Source: a virus | Lineage: Duplodnaviria > Caudoviricetes | DNA length: 64,000 nucleotides | Virus record (IMG/VR): IMGVR_UViG_2974513674_000001 | Location: 1-64,000 of that record | Direction: 5' to 3' (one strand) | Shown here: piece after piece, positions 1-8,155 of the stretch | Numbering within the stretch: position 1 is the stretch's first letter | Layout: each line of letters begins with the position of its first letter | The notes under the pieces: generated by a model | What the model saw: only the letters and a program-made list of their open reading frames with translations | What the model was told of the DNA's origin: nothing | The model's database searches: none | Program-made: the position numbers and the translations under genes

Positions 1-45
1 GTCGCTGGGTGTGTTGCTTGCCCCGCATCCTACATATGCTTTCAT
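1..45 (-). CDS. 5' end of a gene running off the window (MKAYVGCGASNTPSD...), possibly SLOG/DprA-like
   Basis: ATG at 45 on the minus strand, downstream of a good promoter and an A-rich leader; the N-terminus resembles the YxGIGSRxTP start of phage SLOG proteins; only 15 codons are visible. Confidence 0.45.
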   Translation of the reverse strand, partial: MKAYVGCGASNTPSD

Positions 46-83
46 TCTGTTGTTCTCGTTTGTGTTCGTTGCTGTTGAGACGA

Positions 84-112
84 ACTTTATAGCTGATGTG
101 TAAGGATTGCAA
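84..112 (-). promoter_or_regulatory. sigma70-type promoter TTGCAA-N17-TAAAGT with A-rich UP-like tract
   Basis: On the minus strand, -35 at 112-107, 17-nt spacer, -10 at 89-84, A/T tract at 118-129. Confidence 0.6.
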
Positions 113-252
113 GCGCTTATTTTATTTTTGCCTTGCACCCGCGTGAATTCCCCGCGTCGCAATGGCTTTGAATGAGCGCCGCGCTGCCTAGATAGCTCTG
201 CCTCGAAAAGCTCTAAATAATGCGCGCACAACGCAAATTATAGAGTGCAATC

Positions 253-849
253 ATGCAAGAAGCAGCCGCCCACACGTTTTGTTCAATCGCGCACGAATTG
301 ACAGCATTGCTTGCGCAGCTCAAGTCCAAAGCCCAGGACCAGCTCGAAGAGGGGACTGAGCCGGCAGTGGTCAGCTATCTGTTCAAGGGACGGGTCAGCA
401 AGTGGTACTCGCAGAACCACATGAAGATCATCGCCACCGCCCAGACGATTGCACGTCGGGAATCGAATCTCGCCCACATCGGGAAGATCACCGTGAGCGC
501 CTACACTTCAAGCTCGGGCATGACGGCGCTGACAAAGGGTGCAGCCTTCAAGAGCTATCTTGAGAAGCTGCCCCAGGCAATGGCTGAGATTGCTCAGGGT
601 GAGCTGGGAAGCAAGGTGACCCGACTGTTCGATGACATCGTGACCATGATTGAGAATCACGGGAAAGCTTCTGTAGCGCGCTCTAAGCAACGCAAAGACA
701 AAACGCTAGCGAGTACGCAGCGCGAAGCGGCAAACGCTGCATATGAGCATCTGCTGAGCGCCCAGAGCGATGAAAAGCGACATGAGCTGCGCGAACAAAC
801 AGCACGCGCAGACAACAAGCTGGTTGCGCTGGCGAAATTGTTGGGTTAG
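253..849 (+). CDS. hypothetical protein (helical, accessory)
   Basis: 198-aa ORF, no recognisable motif. Confidence 0.6.
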   Translation: MQEAAAHTFCSIAHELTALLAQLKSKAQDQLEEGTEPAVVSYLFKGRVSKWYSQNHMKIIATAQTIARRESNLAHIGKITVSAYTSSSGMTALTKGAAFKSYLEKLPQAMAEIAQGELGSKVTRLFDDIVTMIENHGKASVARSKQRKDKTLASTQREAANAAYEHLLSAQSDEKRHELREQTARADNKLVALAKLLG

Positions 850-886
850 CCTCAAGCCTCGAATCCCAACTGATGGATATGAGGCT

Positions 887-1276
887 ATGGCGTACAAGAA
901 CAAGGCTGACCAGGCGGCAGCGGCAAAGAGGCACTATGAGGCCAACAAAGACAAGGTGAAAGCGAGAGCGAAAGCCTTCAAGATCGCGAACGGCCGGGTT
1001 CTTCAGGATTATGTCGCCAGCTATCTGGAGAACCATCACTGCGTAGACTGCGGTGAAGGCGACCCAATCGTTCTTGAGTTTGACCATCAGGATGATTTCG
1101 AGAAGGTCTTTCAGATAGGTGAAATGTGCAACAAGGGAGTTTCCTTGAAGAAACTCAAAGACGAGATAGCCAAATGTCACGTTCGCTGCGCCAACTGCCA
1201 CCGGAAGAAGACGTATCACGAAAGGGGCTTGACGCATCGTGGATCAAGCACTAAAGTCAGCGCCATTGCGAAGTAG
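887..1276 (+). CDS. HNH endonuclease
   Basis: CVDCGE...LEFDH...CHVRCANCH motif; ATG 887 follows GAGG; stop codon lies inside tRNA-Met. Confidence 0.85.
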   Translation: MAYKNKADQAAAAKRHYEANKDKVKARAKAFKIANGRVLQDYVASYLENHHCVDCGEGDPIVLEFDHQDDFEKVFQIGEMCNKGVSLKKLKDEIAKCHVRCANCHRKKTYHERGLTHRGSSTKVSAIAK

Positions 1277-1344
1277 TTCAGCCCGGTAGAACAGCAGGCT
1301 CATAACCTGTATTGTCGGTGGTTCAAATCCACCCTTCGCAACCA
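1267..1344 (+). tRNA. tRNA with CAT anticodon (Met or Ile2)
   Basis: Acceptor TGCGAAG/CTTCGCA, anticodon loop CT-CAT-AA, T-arm GGTGG-TTCAAAT-CCACC, encoded ACCA. Confidence 0.9.
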
Positions 1345-1350
1345 GTTTCT

Positions 1351-1428
1351 TGGCGATAAGCAAACAAGGTGTATGCACCGGACTGTTAATCCGGATGGAG
1401 CGGGGTTCGATGCCCTGATCGCCAGCCA
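1351..1428 (+). tRNA. tRNA-Asn(GTT)
   Basis: Acceptor TGGCGAT/ATCGCCA, anticodon arm CCGGA-CTGTTAA-TCCGG, TTCGA loop, GCCA end. Confidence 0.9.
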
Positions 1429-1433
1429 GTTTT

Positions 1434-1519
1434 GGGTGATGTAGAGACAGATGGCTACTGTCAGCGGCCTGTAACCCCGCCGGTGTTCCTAGAGGTTCAA
1501 TTCCTTCCTTCACCCACCA
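1434..1519 (+). tRNA. tRNA-Tyr(GTA), non-canonical
   Basis: GGGTGA/TCACCC acceptor, anticodon loop CT-GTA-AC, GGTTCAATTCC T-arm, ACCA end; several stem mismatches. Confidence 0.7.
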
Positions 1520-1579
1520 CATTCGGTCCCGGCAGCGGGATAACCAAGAGAGGGACTGATCAACCTTCGCCGAAGCCAA

Positions 1580-1611
1580 AAAAAGAAGCCCTCGAAAGAG
1601 GGCTTTTTCTT
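1580..1611. terminator. bidirectional intrinsic terminator between the tRNA unit and the convergent helicase
   Basis: A-tract, AGCCCTC-GAAA-GAGGGCT, then TTTT. Confidence 0.85.
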
Positions 1612-1623
1612 GCCTGCGATTTG

Positions 1624-3303
1624 TCAGAACCCCGCGCCTTTGAAGTCGAACGCCTTCACGATGTTCTCCGCGAAGCCCGGGGTGTCGGTGATGATCCGCA
1701 GACATTCCCGACTGTGGTTGTTCACATGGGTGTTCCAGGTGTCGCTGAACATCACGACCCAGCACACGTTCGGCCCGGACTTCTTCGCCCGCAGACCACG
1801 ACCGATACGCTGGCGCACCGCAACCTCTGCTTTGCCGCCACCGGCGAGAATCACCTGACCCACAGATGGGACGTCAACACCCACGTCGAGAATCGTCGTG
1901 CCGATCAGGACATCGAGCTTGCCAGCGCCCAGCATGTCGAGTGCCGCCTGCCGCTGCTCCTGGGAGTCTTCACCCCTGATGAACTCGGCGCGCAGGCCAG
2001 CGGTCTTCAGCAGGTTCTTCAGCAGATCGCCGTGAGCAGTGTGCTGAACCAGGATCATGGTTGTCAGGTTGTACTTCTTGGCTTCCAGAACGTGCTGCAT
2101 GATCTGAGTGTTCCGGCCGTCGTTCTTGACGATGCCGCGCTCATAGGCGACTGGGAATGCAGAGCCCCGGGTGACGCCCACCGGCGACCGACTCTCCACG
2201 AACTTGAAGAACGGCTTGGCGAGAATGCCCTTGTCGATCAGCTCCTTTTCCGAGACGCGGATACCGATCGTACCTGCGACGGCTGCCAGGCGCATGTTGG
2301 CCTCTTCCGAGTCCTTCATGTTTGGCGTGGCGGTCAGGGCCAGGCGGTAGTGAGCGTTGGTCATCGCGTTGCAGAGGTCGAAGAACCCGGTGCCGGATAC
2401 TTCGTGGGCTTCTTCGAGAGTCAGGAAGCCCACGCTCTCCAGGAACTTGATGGTCTCGGCGCGGGTCTTTTCCTTCTTGTCGGCGATGGCCTGGGCCTTC
2501 GTGCGAACCTCGCGGTCGTTGAGCGCGTGCTTGTCGGTGATCTTCTTCTTGAGGTACTCGATCTTCGCCAGGGTGCCGGCGTCAGCCTTGCGCAGCACGG
2601 CAGGGTTGATCGGCAGGGTGGCCTTCTTCAGCACCCGCTCGATTTCCTTGTCCAAGAACGTGCAGTGCTTGGTGACGATCTTGTCCAGTTCAATCTCGAA
2701 CGAGGACTTCTCCATGCGCGAGACCAGAGTGTCGACGATGGCGAAGTTCACGCCGGTTGGTTCCGGGCTCCAGTGACCGTCACCGAGGAAGCCCACTGGG
2801 CGCGCAGACTTGACCGACTTGTAGCCTTTGGCCATCTGGTACATCAGCGACTTGCGGGTGGTGATGAACAGGGTCGGCAGTTGCAGGCGCTCGCAGCACA
2901 GCTTGAAGATTTCAGACTTGCCGCCACCGGTAGCGACCTGCGCTGTCATCCGCTGGAGCTGCACCAGGCGCTGCATGGTCTTCGTCTGGTAGTCGTAGCG
3001 AGGGTCGGGCGGGAACGCGCTGACGACAGGGAACTCGGGGCCGCCGGGCTCGGGCACAGTTTTGCCCTGAACGATGATCCGGTAGCCGTGCTTCTCAAGG
3101 GTCTTCCGCACCAGGCGGACAAAGCCCGTCGGGAAGAAGTCCTTGTTCATGTCGAACATCGAGCCATGAGCCACGCCCATACCCTTTACGCCGCTCTCGA
3201 TCTTGTAGGAGAGCAGTTCGTTCACAATCAGCCGCGCCTGACGATCAGGCTCCATCAGCCTGGCCCGCACTGCGTTGTGGACAATTTTCAAAGTTTTGGA
3301 CAT
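1624..3303 (-). CDS. SF2 DNA helicase (UvsW/SSL2-like)
   Basis: Walker A ATGGGKS, EEAH (DExH variant), TATP motif III, DVGVDVP, QRIGRGLR motif VI. Confidence 0.85.
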   Translation of the reverse strand: MSKTLKIVHNAVRARLMEPDRQARLIVNELLSYKIESGVKGMGVAHGSMFDMNKDFFPTGFVRLVRKTLEKHGYRIIVQGKTVPEPGGPEFPVVSAFPPDPRYDYQTKTMQRLVQLQRMTAQVATGGGKSEIFKLCCERLQLPTLFITTRKSLMYQMAKGYKSVKSARPVGFLGDGHWSPEPTGVNFAIVDTLVSRMEKSSFEIELDKIVTKHCTFLDKEIERVLKKATLPINPAVLRKADAGTLAKIEYLKKKITDKHALNDREVRTKAQAIADKKEKTRAETIKFLESVGFLTLEEAHEVSGTGFFDLCNAMTNAHYRLALTATPNMKDSEEANMRLAAVAGTIGIRVSEKELIDKGILAKPFFKFVESRSPVGVTRGSAFPVAYERGIVKNDGRNTQIMQHVLEAKKYNLTTMILVQHTAHGDLLKNLLKTAGLRAEFIRGEDSQEQRQAALDMLGAGKLDVLIGTTILDVGVDVPSVGQVILAGGGKAEVAVRQRIGRGLRAKKSGPNVCWVVMFSDTWNTHVNNHSRECLRIITDTPGFAENIVKAFDFKGAGF

Positions 3304-3382
3304 GGATCACTTCCACTATTTGATGTCAACCGCTATTGTACCCAACTGTAAGGTTATTCACCAACCCAGACAAGGCAAACCA

Positions 3383-4171
3383 ATGGCTACTGACAATTTT
3401 TCTGACCTCGACGAACTCGAAATGGACCTCAATGACCTGGCAGCGGTCGACCAGGCCATCGAGTCGGCGACGATCCACCCAACTTTCGCAATGGACGTGG
3501 AGTATGCGAACCCGCATGACCTGCGCCCGAACCCCTGGAACCCGAACGCTGTAGACCCGGTCAACCAGGCCAAGCTGGAAGCCAGCCTGAAGCGCGACGG
3601 CATCAAACGCCCAATCGTGGTCCGGCAGCTCGACAACGGTGATTACCAGATCATCGGCGGCCAGCACCGTACCGAGGCGTCCATCGCCCTGGGCTGGAAA
3701 GAAGTTCCAATCATCAACCGTGGGAAGATCAGCGATGCTGAAGCCAAGCGCGAAACTCTGCTCGACAATTACCGTTATGGGTCTGACAACCTTGACCGCC
3801 TATCTGCTCTGCTTAGTGATCCAGACATCGGCGATGCCGCTTCACTCCTGGACACAATGCCTATCGACGAGGAAGAGCTGGCCGAGTATTTCAGCCACCT
3901 GACCTCTGAGTCGGTCGACCTGGACATCGAAGACGCCCTGGACGACGGCACCAAGGAAAAGGAAGACGAGGAAGACGAGACCGTTGACCTGGCCACCGGC
4001 AAGCCGCTCAAGACTCACACCATCATCCGCTTCCGGGTCTCCGTCGAAGACGAAGCCAAGCTGGCCGCCCTGATGAAGCAGACCAAGATTGATCACGGCT
4101 ACGTCGCCTCTGACGACCTGACCAACGACGGTGACGCCCTGATCCACCTGATCCGGGACCAGTTTGAATGA
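3383..4171 (+). CDS. ParB/Srx N-terminal domain protein 1
   Basis: LRPNPWNPN...SLKRDGIKRPIVV...IIGGQHR motif; acidic C-terminal region. Confidence 0.85.
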   Translation: MATDNFSDLDELEMDLNDLAAVDQAIESATIHPTFAMDVEYANPHDLRPNPWNPNAVDPVNQAKLEASLKRDGIKRPIVVRQLDNGDYQIIGGQHRTEASIALGWKEVPIINRGKISDAEAKRETLLDNYRYGSDNLDRLSALLSDPDIGDAASLLDTMPIDEEELAEYFSHLTSESVDLDIEDALDDGTKEKEDEEDETVDLATGKPLKTHTIIRFRVSVEDEAKLAALMKQTKIDHGYVASDDLTNDGDALIHLIRDQFE

Positions 4172-4329
4172 GCTTCCGCGACGACAAGCCCGACACGCCG
4201 GTGAGCCAGGCTCTTGAGCGCATCAAACAGCGCAAAGAGGCTGAGCGCGCCGAGCAGCGTCGGCCGATGAACCCAGACCGCGATCTGTCCTGGGAAAACA
4301 CCAACTTCAAGGACTATGACAATGACTGA
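4168..4329 (+). CDS. 53-aa hypothetical protein (MSFRDDKPDTPVSQALERIKQRKEAE...), not in the ORF track
   Basis: Starts in an ATGA overlap with ParB1 and overlaps the ParB2 start, filling the gap exactly. Confidence 0.6.
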   Translation: MSFRDDKPDTPVSQALERIKQRKEAERAEQRRPMNPDRDLSWENTNFKDYDND

Positions 4330-5014
4330 GGTCTACCAGAAGAAAGACGAGGTCTGGTCCATCGACCGCCTGGTCCCATACGCCGCGAACTCCAAGCGTC
4401 ACGACCCCAAGCAGGTCGGCAAGATCGCTGCGTCGATCCGCAAGCACGGCTGGACAACCCGGATCGTCGTTGAGCCTGATGGGACCATCATCGCTGGTCA
4501 CGGCCGGCGCCTGGCTGCCATCGAGCTGCTCCAGGAGAAGGTGCCAGTCACCGTTCTTCATGGCATCAGCAAAGAGCAGGCGCGCGCACTGCGTCTGATC
4601 GACAACAAGGTGCAGGAAGGTGGTCACGACACCGGCCTGCTGAGCATGGAGCTGAAGAGCCTGGTGCTGGAAGAAGGCATCGACATGGGCGACTTCTTCG
4701 ACGTGCGCGACCTGAACTTCGCCATCGACGACCTGGGTGAGCTGGACCTGGACAGCCTGTCGGCCGACATCGCGCCGGAGGTTGCTGAACAGACATCCCG
4801 CACCGAGCGCGAGATTGAGACCACCGATGACACCGATGTGTCGTTGACCAAAGCCATTGGTGTAAGCAAAATCACAGGCTCTCAAGCGCGTGAACTGAAG
4901 CGCTTCATTGGCGAAGCTCAAGACTTCTACGGCTGCGACCCGGCCGAAGCCCTTATCCGGGCAATGGAAGACTGGGCAGACCAGAAACAGAAAGACGAGG
5001 ATGACCACAAATGA
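4316..5014 (+). CDS. ParB/Srx N-terminal domain protein 2
   Basis: LVPYAANSKRH...IAASIRKHGW...IIAGHGRRLAA...RLIDNK, typical of ParB domains next to phage terminases and methylases. Confidence 0.85.
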   Translation: MTMTEVYQKKDEVWSIDRLVPYAANSKRHDPKQVGKIAASIRKHGWTTRIVVEPDGTIIAGHGRRLAAIELLQEKVPVTVLHGISKEQARALRLIDNKVQEGGHDTGLLSMELKSLVLEEGIDMGDFFDVRDLNFAIDDLGELDLDSLSADIAPEVAEQTSRTEREIETTDDTDVSLTKAIGVSKITGSQARELKRFIGEAQDFYGCDPAEALIRAMEDWADQKQKDEDDHK

Positions 5015-5649
5015 CCAAGTACGTCGTCAACAAGACGTTCCCCAGCTCGGTGGTTCGCAGCCGCCGGGTGATCGAAGTTGCTGAAGGCTTTGGCCTGGGG
5101 CTGGAAGACAAGGAATTCACTGTCTACAAGGACTTTGAAATTGAAGTCAACCAGGGCGACGTGCTGTACATCACCGGTCAATCCGGCTCGGGTAAGTCGC
5201 TGCTGCTGAAAGAGTTGGCCAAGCAGATTCGCGAGACCCAGTTGGTCGCCGATATTGACGAGGTCGCTCTCGAAGAGAAGCCTCTGATCGACCAACTGGG
5301 TTCGAGCACCGATGAAGCCATCAAGATTCTGTCTCTGGCCGGCCTGAACGACGCCTACCTGATGATCCGCAAGCCGAGCGAGCTGTCTGACGGGCAACGC
5401 TACCGCTTCCGTATCGCGCTCCTGATGCAGTCTGGGGCTGATGTCTGGGTAGCTGACGAGTTCGGCGCCGTGCTGGACCGGGTGACTGCGAAAGTGGTCG
5501 CCTTCAACCTGCGCAAGCAGGCTGCAAAAGTGGGTGCGACGGTGATCGTTGCGACCACGCACAAAGACCTGCGCGAAGAGCTGGCCCCCACCGTCTACGT
5601 GGACAAGCGCTTCAAGGACAAGATCAACGTCGAGGTGGCGCCGCAATGA
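5011..5649 (+). CDS. soluble ABC-type ATPase
   Basis: GQSGSGKS, LSDGQ signature, VWVADEF, ATTH H-loop; no permease nearby. Confidence 0.85.
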   Translation: MTKYVVNKTFPSSVVRSRRVIEVAEGFGLGLEDKEFTVYKDFEIEVNQGDVLYITGQSGSGKSLLLKELAKQIRETQLVADIDEVALEEKPLIDQLGSSTDEAIKILSLAGLNDAYLMIRKPSELSDGQRYRFRIALLMQSGADVWVADEFGAVLDRVTAKVVAFNLRKQAAKVGATVIVATTHKDLREELAPTVYVDKRFKDKINVEVAPQ

Positions 5650-5981
5650 CCGAACTCATCCATGTGGACTTCAAGGCTCGCCAGGTAACTGGTCGTCGCG
5701 ACATCACCCCAGTGCCTGTCGGTGAGTGGAAAGCAGCGAAAGACCCGATCTTTAAGGACTACGTCGCTGGCCTGGCTATGGCCGCGGAAGCCTTTCACGC
5801 TATGGGCGGTGACTGGACCCGGGCAGTGATCGTGATGTCGGACCCGTCCGCTGGTGAAGACGGCGCCACGTTCACCATCTGGGACTCGAACATTCAGACC
5901 AACGAGGAAGTGTCGGACGCCTTGATGATCGCTTGCAGCAAGGTCGACATCGACGGGGAGAGCGGCGATGAGCCAGCCTGA
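5646..5981 (+). CDS. hypothetical protein
   Basis: 111-aa ORF coupled to both neighbours by overlaps. Confidence 0.7.
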   Translation: MTELIHVDFKARQVTGRRDITPVPVGEWKAAKDPIFKDYVAGLAMAAEAFHAMGGDWTRAVIVMSDPSAGEDGATFTIWDSNIQTNEEVSDALMIACSKVDIDGESGDEPA

Positions 5982-6849
5982 ATGGGAAATCGTCGTTGAG
6001 CGGAACGACCAGGCCAAGCCGCGGTTCTCGCTGCTCGACACCATGCGGGTTGAGCCGGGCACCAAAGCTGACTGGGACGAGCTGCACGACCTGCACTACA
6101 AGGCAGAGTCGCTGCCCGCCGGCCCGCGGTACTGGCGCTGCGTGACTGAGGACGGAATTCTGGTAGGCATCGTGGTGTTCTCGACGGTGAGCCTCTTGCT
6201 CGCGCCGCGGCACCAGGTGTTCCCGAAGCTGAAGCCTGGCCAAGATAGCCACTTCACGAACGTACACCGGGCGACCTTCTTGAACGCGAACTTCCGCCGG
6301 GCGGCCCGCATCGTGACGGACACCATGTACCGCGGTGTTGGTGTTTCGTACCGGATGGTCAACCTGGCCATGCGAATGGAGCAGAAGCGGTTCATCGAAA
6401 TCCAGTCGTCGATGTCCAAGTTCAACCCGTTCGACATCAAAGCCGGGTTCAAGCACGCTCACCTGAAGCCCGCGGCGGCCTACGTTCAGGGTCTGAAGTT
6501 CATGCGGAGTCAGTTCAACGCTCACCCCGCTGACCACCAGGCTGTGATGGACGAGCTGAAATCCTTCACTCCGTCCCATCGGGCGCGTGTGATGACCGCG
6601 ATGCAAGAGTTCTACTACCGCCACAGCGCGAGGGAGAAGACTGGGAGCAACTTGAACGTGGGGACGGGGAAAGTCCAAGGGATGAAGCCGGAGCACCTCC
6701 TGCGTGAGCTACAGCAGCTTGTGTTCGCGAGCCCAGTTTACGGAATCTGGACCAACCCTGACCTGGGCCGGCCGATTCCACAATCGTTACCACTCCGGGC
6801 CTTTGACTTGCAGAGCCCGATTGAACCACTGAGGTTGGATTTGCTATGA
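5968..6849 (+). CDS. GNAT-fold (Mom-like) acyltransferase
   Basis: N-terminal LHY, acyl-CoA motif RIVTDTMYRGVGV, SSMSKFNPF..KAGF. Confidence 0.7.
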   Translation: MSQPEWEIVVERNDQAKPRFSLLDTMRVEPGTKADWDELHDLHYKAESLPAGPRYWRCVTEDGILVGIVVFSTVSLLLAPRHQVFPKLKPGQDSHFTNVHRATFLNANFRRAARIVTDTMYRGVGVSYRMVNLAMRMEQKRFIEIQSSMSKFNPFDIKAGFKHAHLKPAAAYVQGLKFMRSQFNAHPADHQAVMDELKSFTPSHRARVMTAMQEFYYRHSAREKTGSNLNVGTGKVQGMKPEHLLRELQQLVFASPVYGIWTNPDLGRPIPQSLPLRAFDLQSPIEPLRLDLL

Positions 6850-7187
6850 AACCACTGACCACGAAACAGCGCCATGTCATGAAGGTGATCGTGATGGGGA
6901 ACCTGGATGCCACTGGTAACCGGGTGTCAGACGTGGACGTCTATCAGTTGCAGAGCCGGCTACCGTATGAGACCTCCCGGGAGTCGCTGATGTGTAGCCT
7001 GGCGATCCTGAAGAAACAGGGCTGGGTGGTTCCGGGTGGTAAGGAGATTCGAGACGGTCGCAGCAAGCAGACCTTGGAACCGACAGCGGTAGCGATCCGG
7101 GTTATGAATCCTCCCAAACCTGTTGCTGCTCCGGTGTATGAAGAGATTGACCTGGATGATGATGTGGTTCTGTTGGAGCTAACCTGA
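6846..7187 (+). CDS. putative winged-helix DNA-binding protein
   Basis: LTTKQRHVM...SRESLMCSLAILKKQGWV...RDGRSKQTL pattern. Confidence 0.55.
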   Translation: MKPLTTKQRHVMKVIVMGNLDATGNRVSDVDVYQLQSRLPYETSRESLMCSLAILKKQGWVVPGGKEIRDGRSKQTLEPTAVAIRVMNPPKPVAAPVYEEIDLDDDVVLLELT

Positions 7188-7292
7188 TCCGGGTGCCTTG
7201 CTTTCCCTTTCTTTTTAACTACTTGTTTTTCTTAGAAGTCTTACAAGTTGTTAAGAGGGACAAGCAGTATAATCGTCGAGCGCAAGCCCGGA
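7188..7292. repeat. long imperfect AT-rich palindrome, copy 1
   Basis: TTAACTACTTGT/ACAAGTTGTTAA, TCCCT/AGGGA and TCCGGG/CCCGGA arms; related copy at 41058-41134. Confidence 0.65.
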
Positions 7293-7342
7293 AGCAAGTG
7301 GCAATACTGAATAGCCTACGAATAGCCTCAAAAAGCGTTTAT

Positions 7343-7371
7343 TTGACATTTTTTGAGCAATCCCGGACCAT
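7343..7371 (+). promoter_or_regulatory. promoter TTGACA-N17-GACCAT upstream of terS
   Basis: Perfect -35 and 17-nt spacer; flanked by a CTCAAAAA/TTTTTGAG inverted repeat. Confidence 0.55.
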
Positions 7372-7399
7372 GATGGCGCTACAGAGTTGAGTCCATAAG

Positions 7400-7428
7400 G
7401 GTGAGAGGACCGCCTCTCACCTATTTTT
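7400..7428 (+). terminator. terminator-like hairpin in the terS leader
   Basis: GGTGAGAGG-ACCG-CCTCTCACC followed by TATTTTT. Confidence 0.6.
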
Positions 7429-7429
7429 C

Positions 7430-8155
7430 GTGACGGATGCCATGACGACCGATACCACTGCCACCCCATCTGTACCGGAAGAAGATGAGAAGGCCAAACG
7501 TCTGACGCCCCGTGAATACGCCCGGGCCAAGCAGATGTGGACTTCCGGCGACTATTCCCTGAAGGAAATCTCCGACACCGTTGGCGTCAGTGCGACTGCA
7601 TTGAGCCGCCGGTTCAAACGCGACACCCTCACCAAAGGCTCTGATGCCAAGAAAGTGAGCGCCGCCGTCAAACGTGCCATCGAAAAAACGTCCGCCGCCC
7701 AGGCTGAAGAGCTTGCTGCCACTGCGCACGACATCAAAATGGTCGCGCTGAAGGCGCTGGAGCTGTTCAACAAGAAGGCATACTCCGACGTTGCCAAGTC
7801 CATCAAGGACAACACGCCACTGGCCGACAAGCTGAATGACCTGAAAGCGCTGAACGAAGCCTCGAAGATCATCCACCTGAACTACAACACCGGTGCCCGC
7901 ATCCTGGGTCTCGACCAGGCGCTGAACCCTGACGAGCAGATGCCGGAACTCCAGATTCACCTGATGACCGAAAACGATGTCGAAGAACTCCGTCAGCAGC
8001 AGCGCCGTGAGGAAGCTGAAGCCAACGGGGAAATCGAGGACGACGATCTTCTGGGAACCGAGCTGAGCCCGGATGACCTGGACGCAGTCGACCAGGCCCT
8101 GGACGCCGAAGAAGATGACATCGTGATCGAAGGTGACGAGCCGGCGGTGACCTGA
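7430..8155 (+). CDS. terS: terminase small subunit (alternative start ATG 7442)
   Basis: N-terminal HTH (YSLKEISDTVGVSATALSRRF), helical middle; directly precedes terL. Confidence 0.75.
   Translation: MTDAMTTDTTATPSVPEEDEKAKRLTPREYARAKQMWTSGDYSLKEISDTVGVSATALSRRFKRDTLTKGSDAKKVSAAVKRAIEKTSAAQAEELAATAHDIKMVALKALELFNKKAYSDVAKSIKDNTPLADKLNDLKALNEASKIIHLNYNTGARILGLDQALNPDEQMPELQIHLMTENDVEELRQQQRREEAEANGEIEDDDLLGTELSPDDLDAVDQALDAEEDDIVIEGDEPAVT

Noticed and set aside
3383-5014. Plasmid partition locus
   Set aside because: No ParA and no clear HTH or parS array; only the ParB N-terminal domain is evident
5011-5649. ABC transporter
   Set aside because: No membrane or substrate-binding partner; the context points to a soluble ATPase
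7193-7390. 65-aa ORF in the terS upstream region
   Set aside because: Overlaps the palindrome and promoter; atypical composition; no RBS
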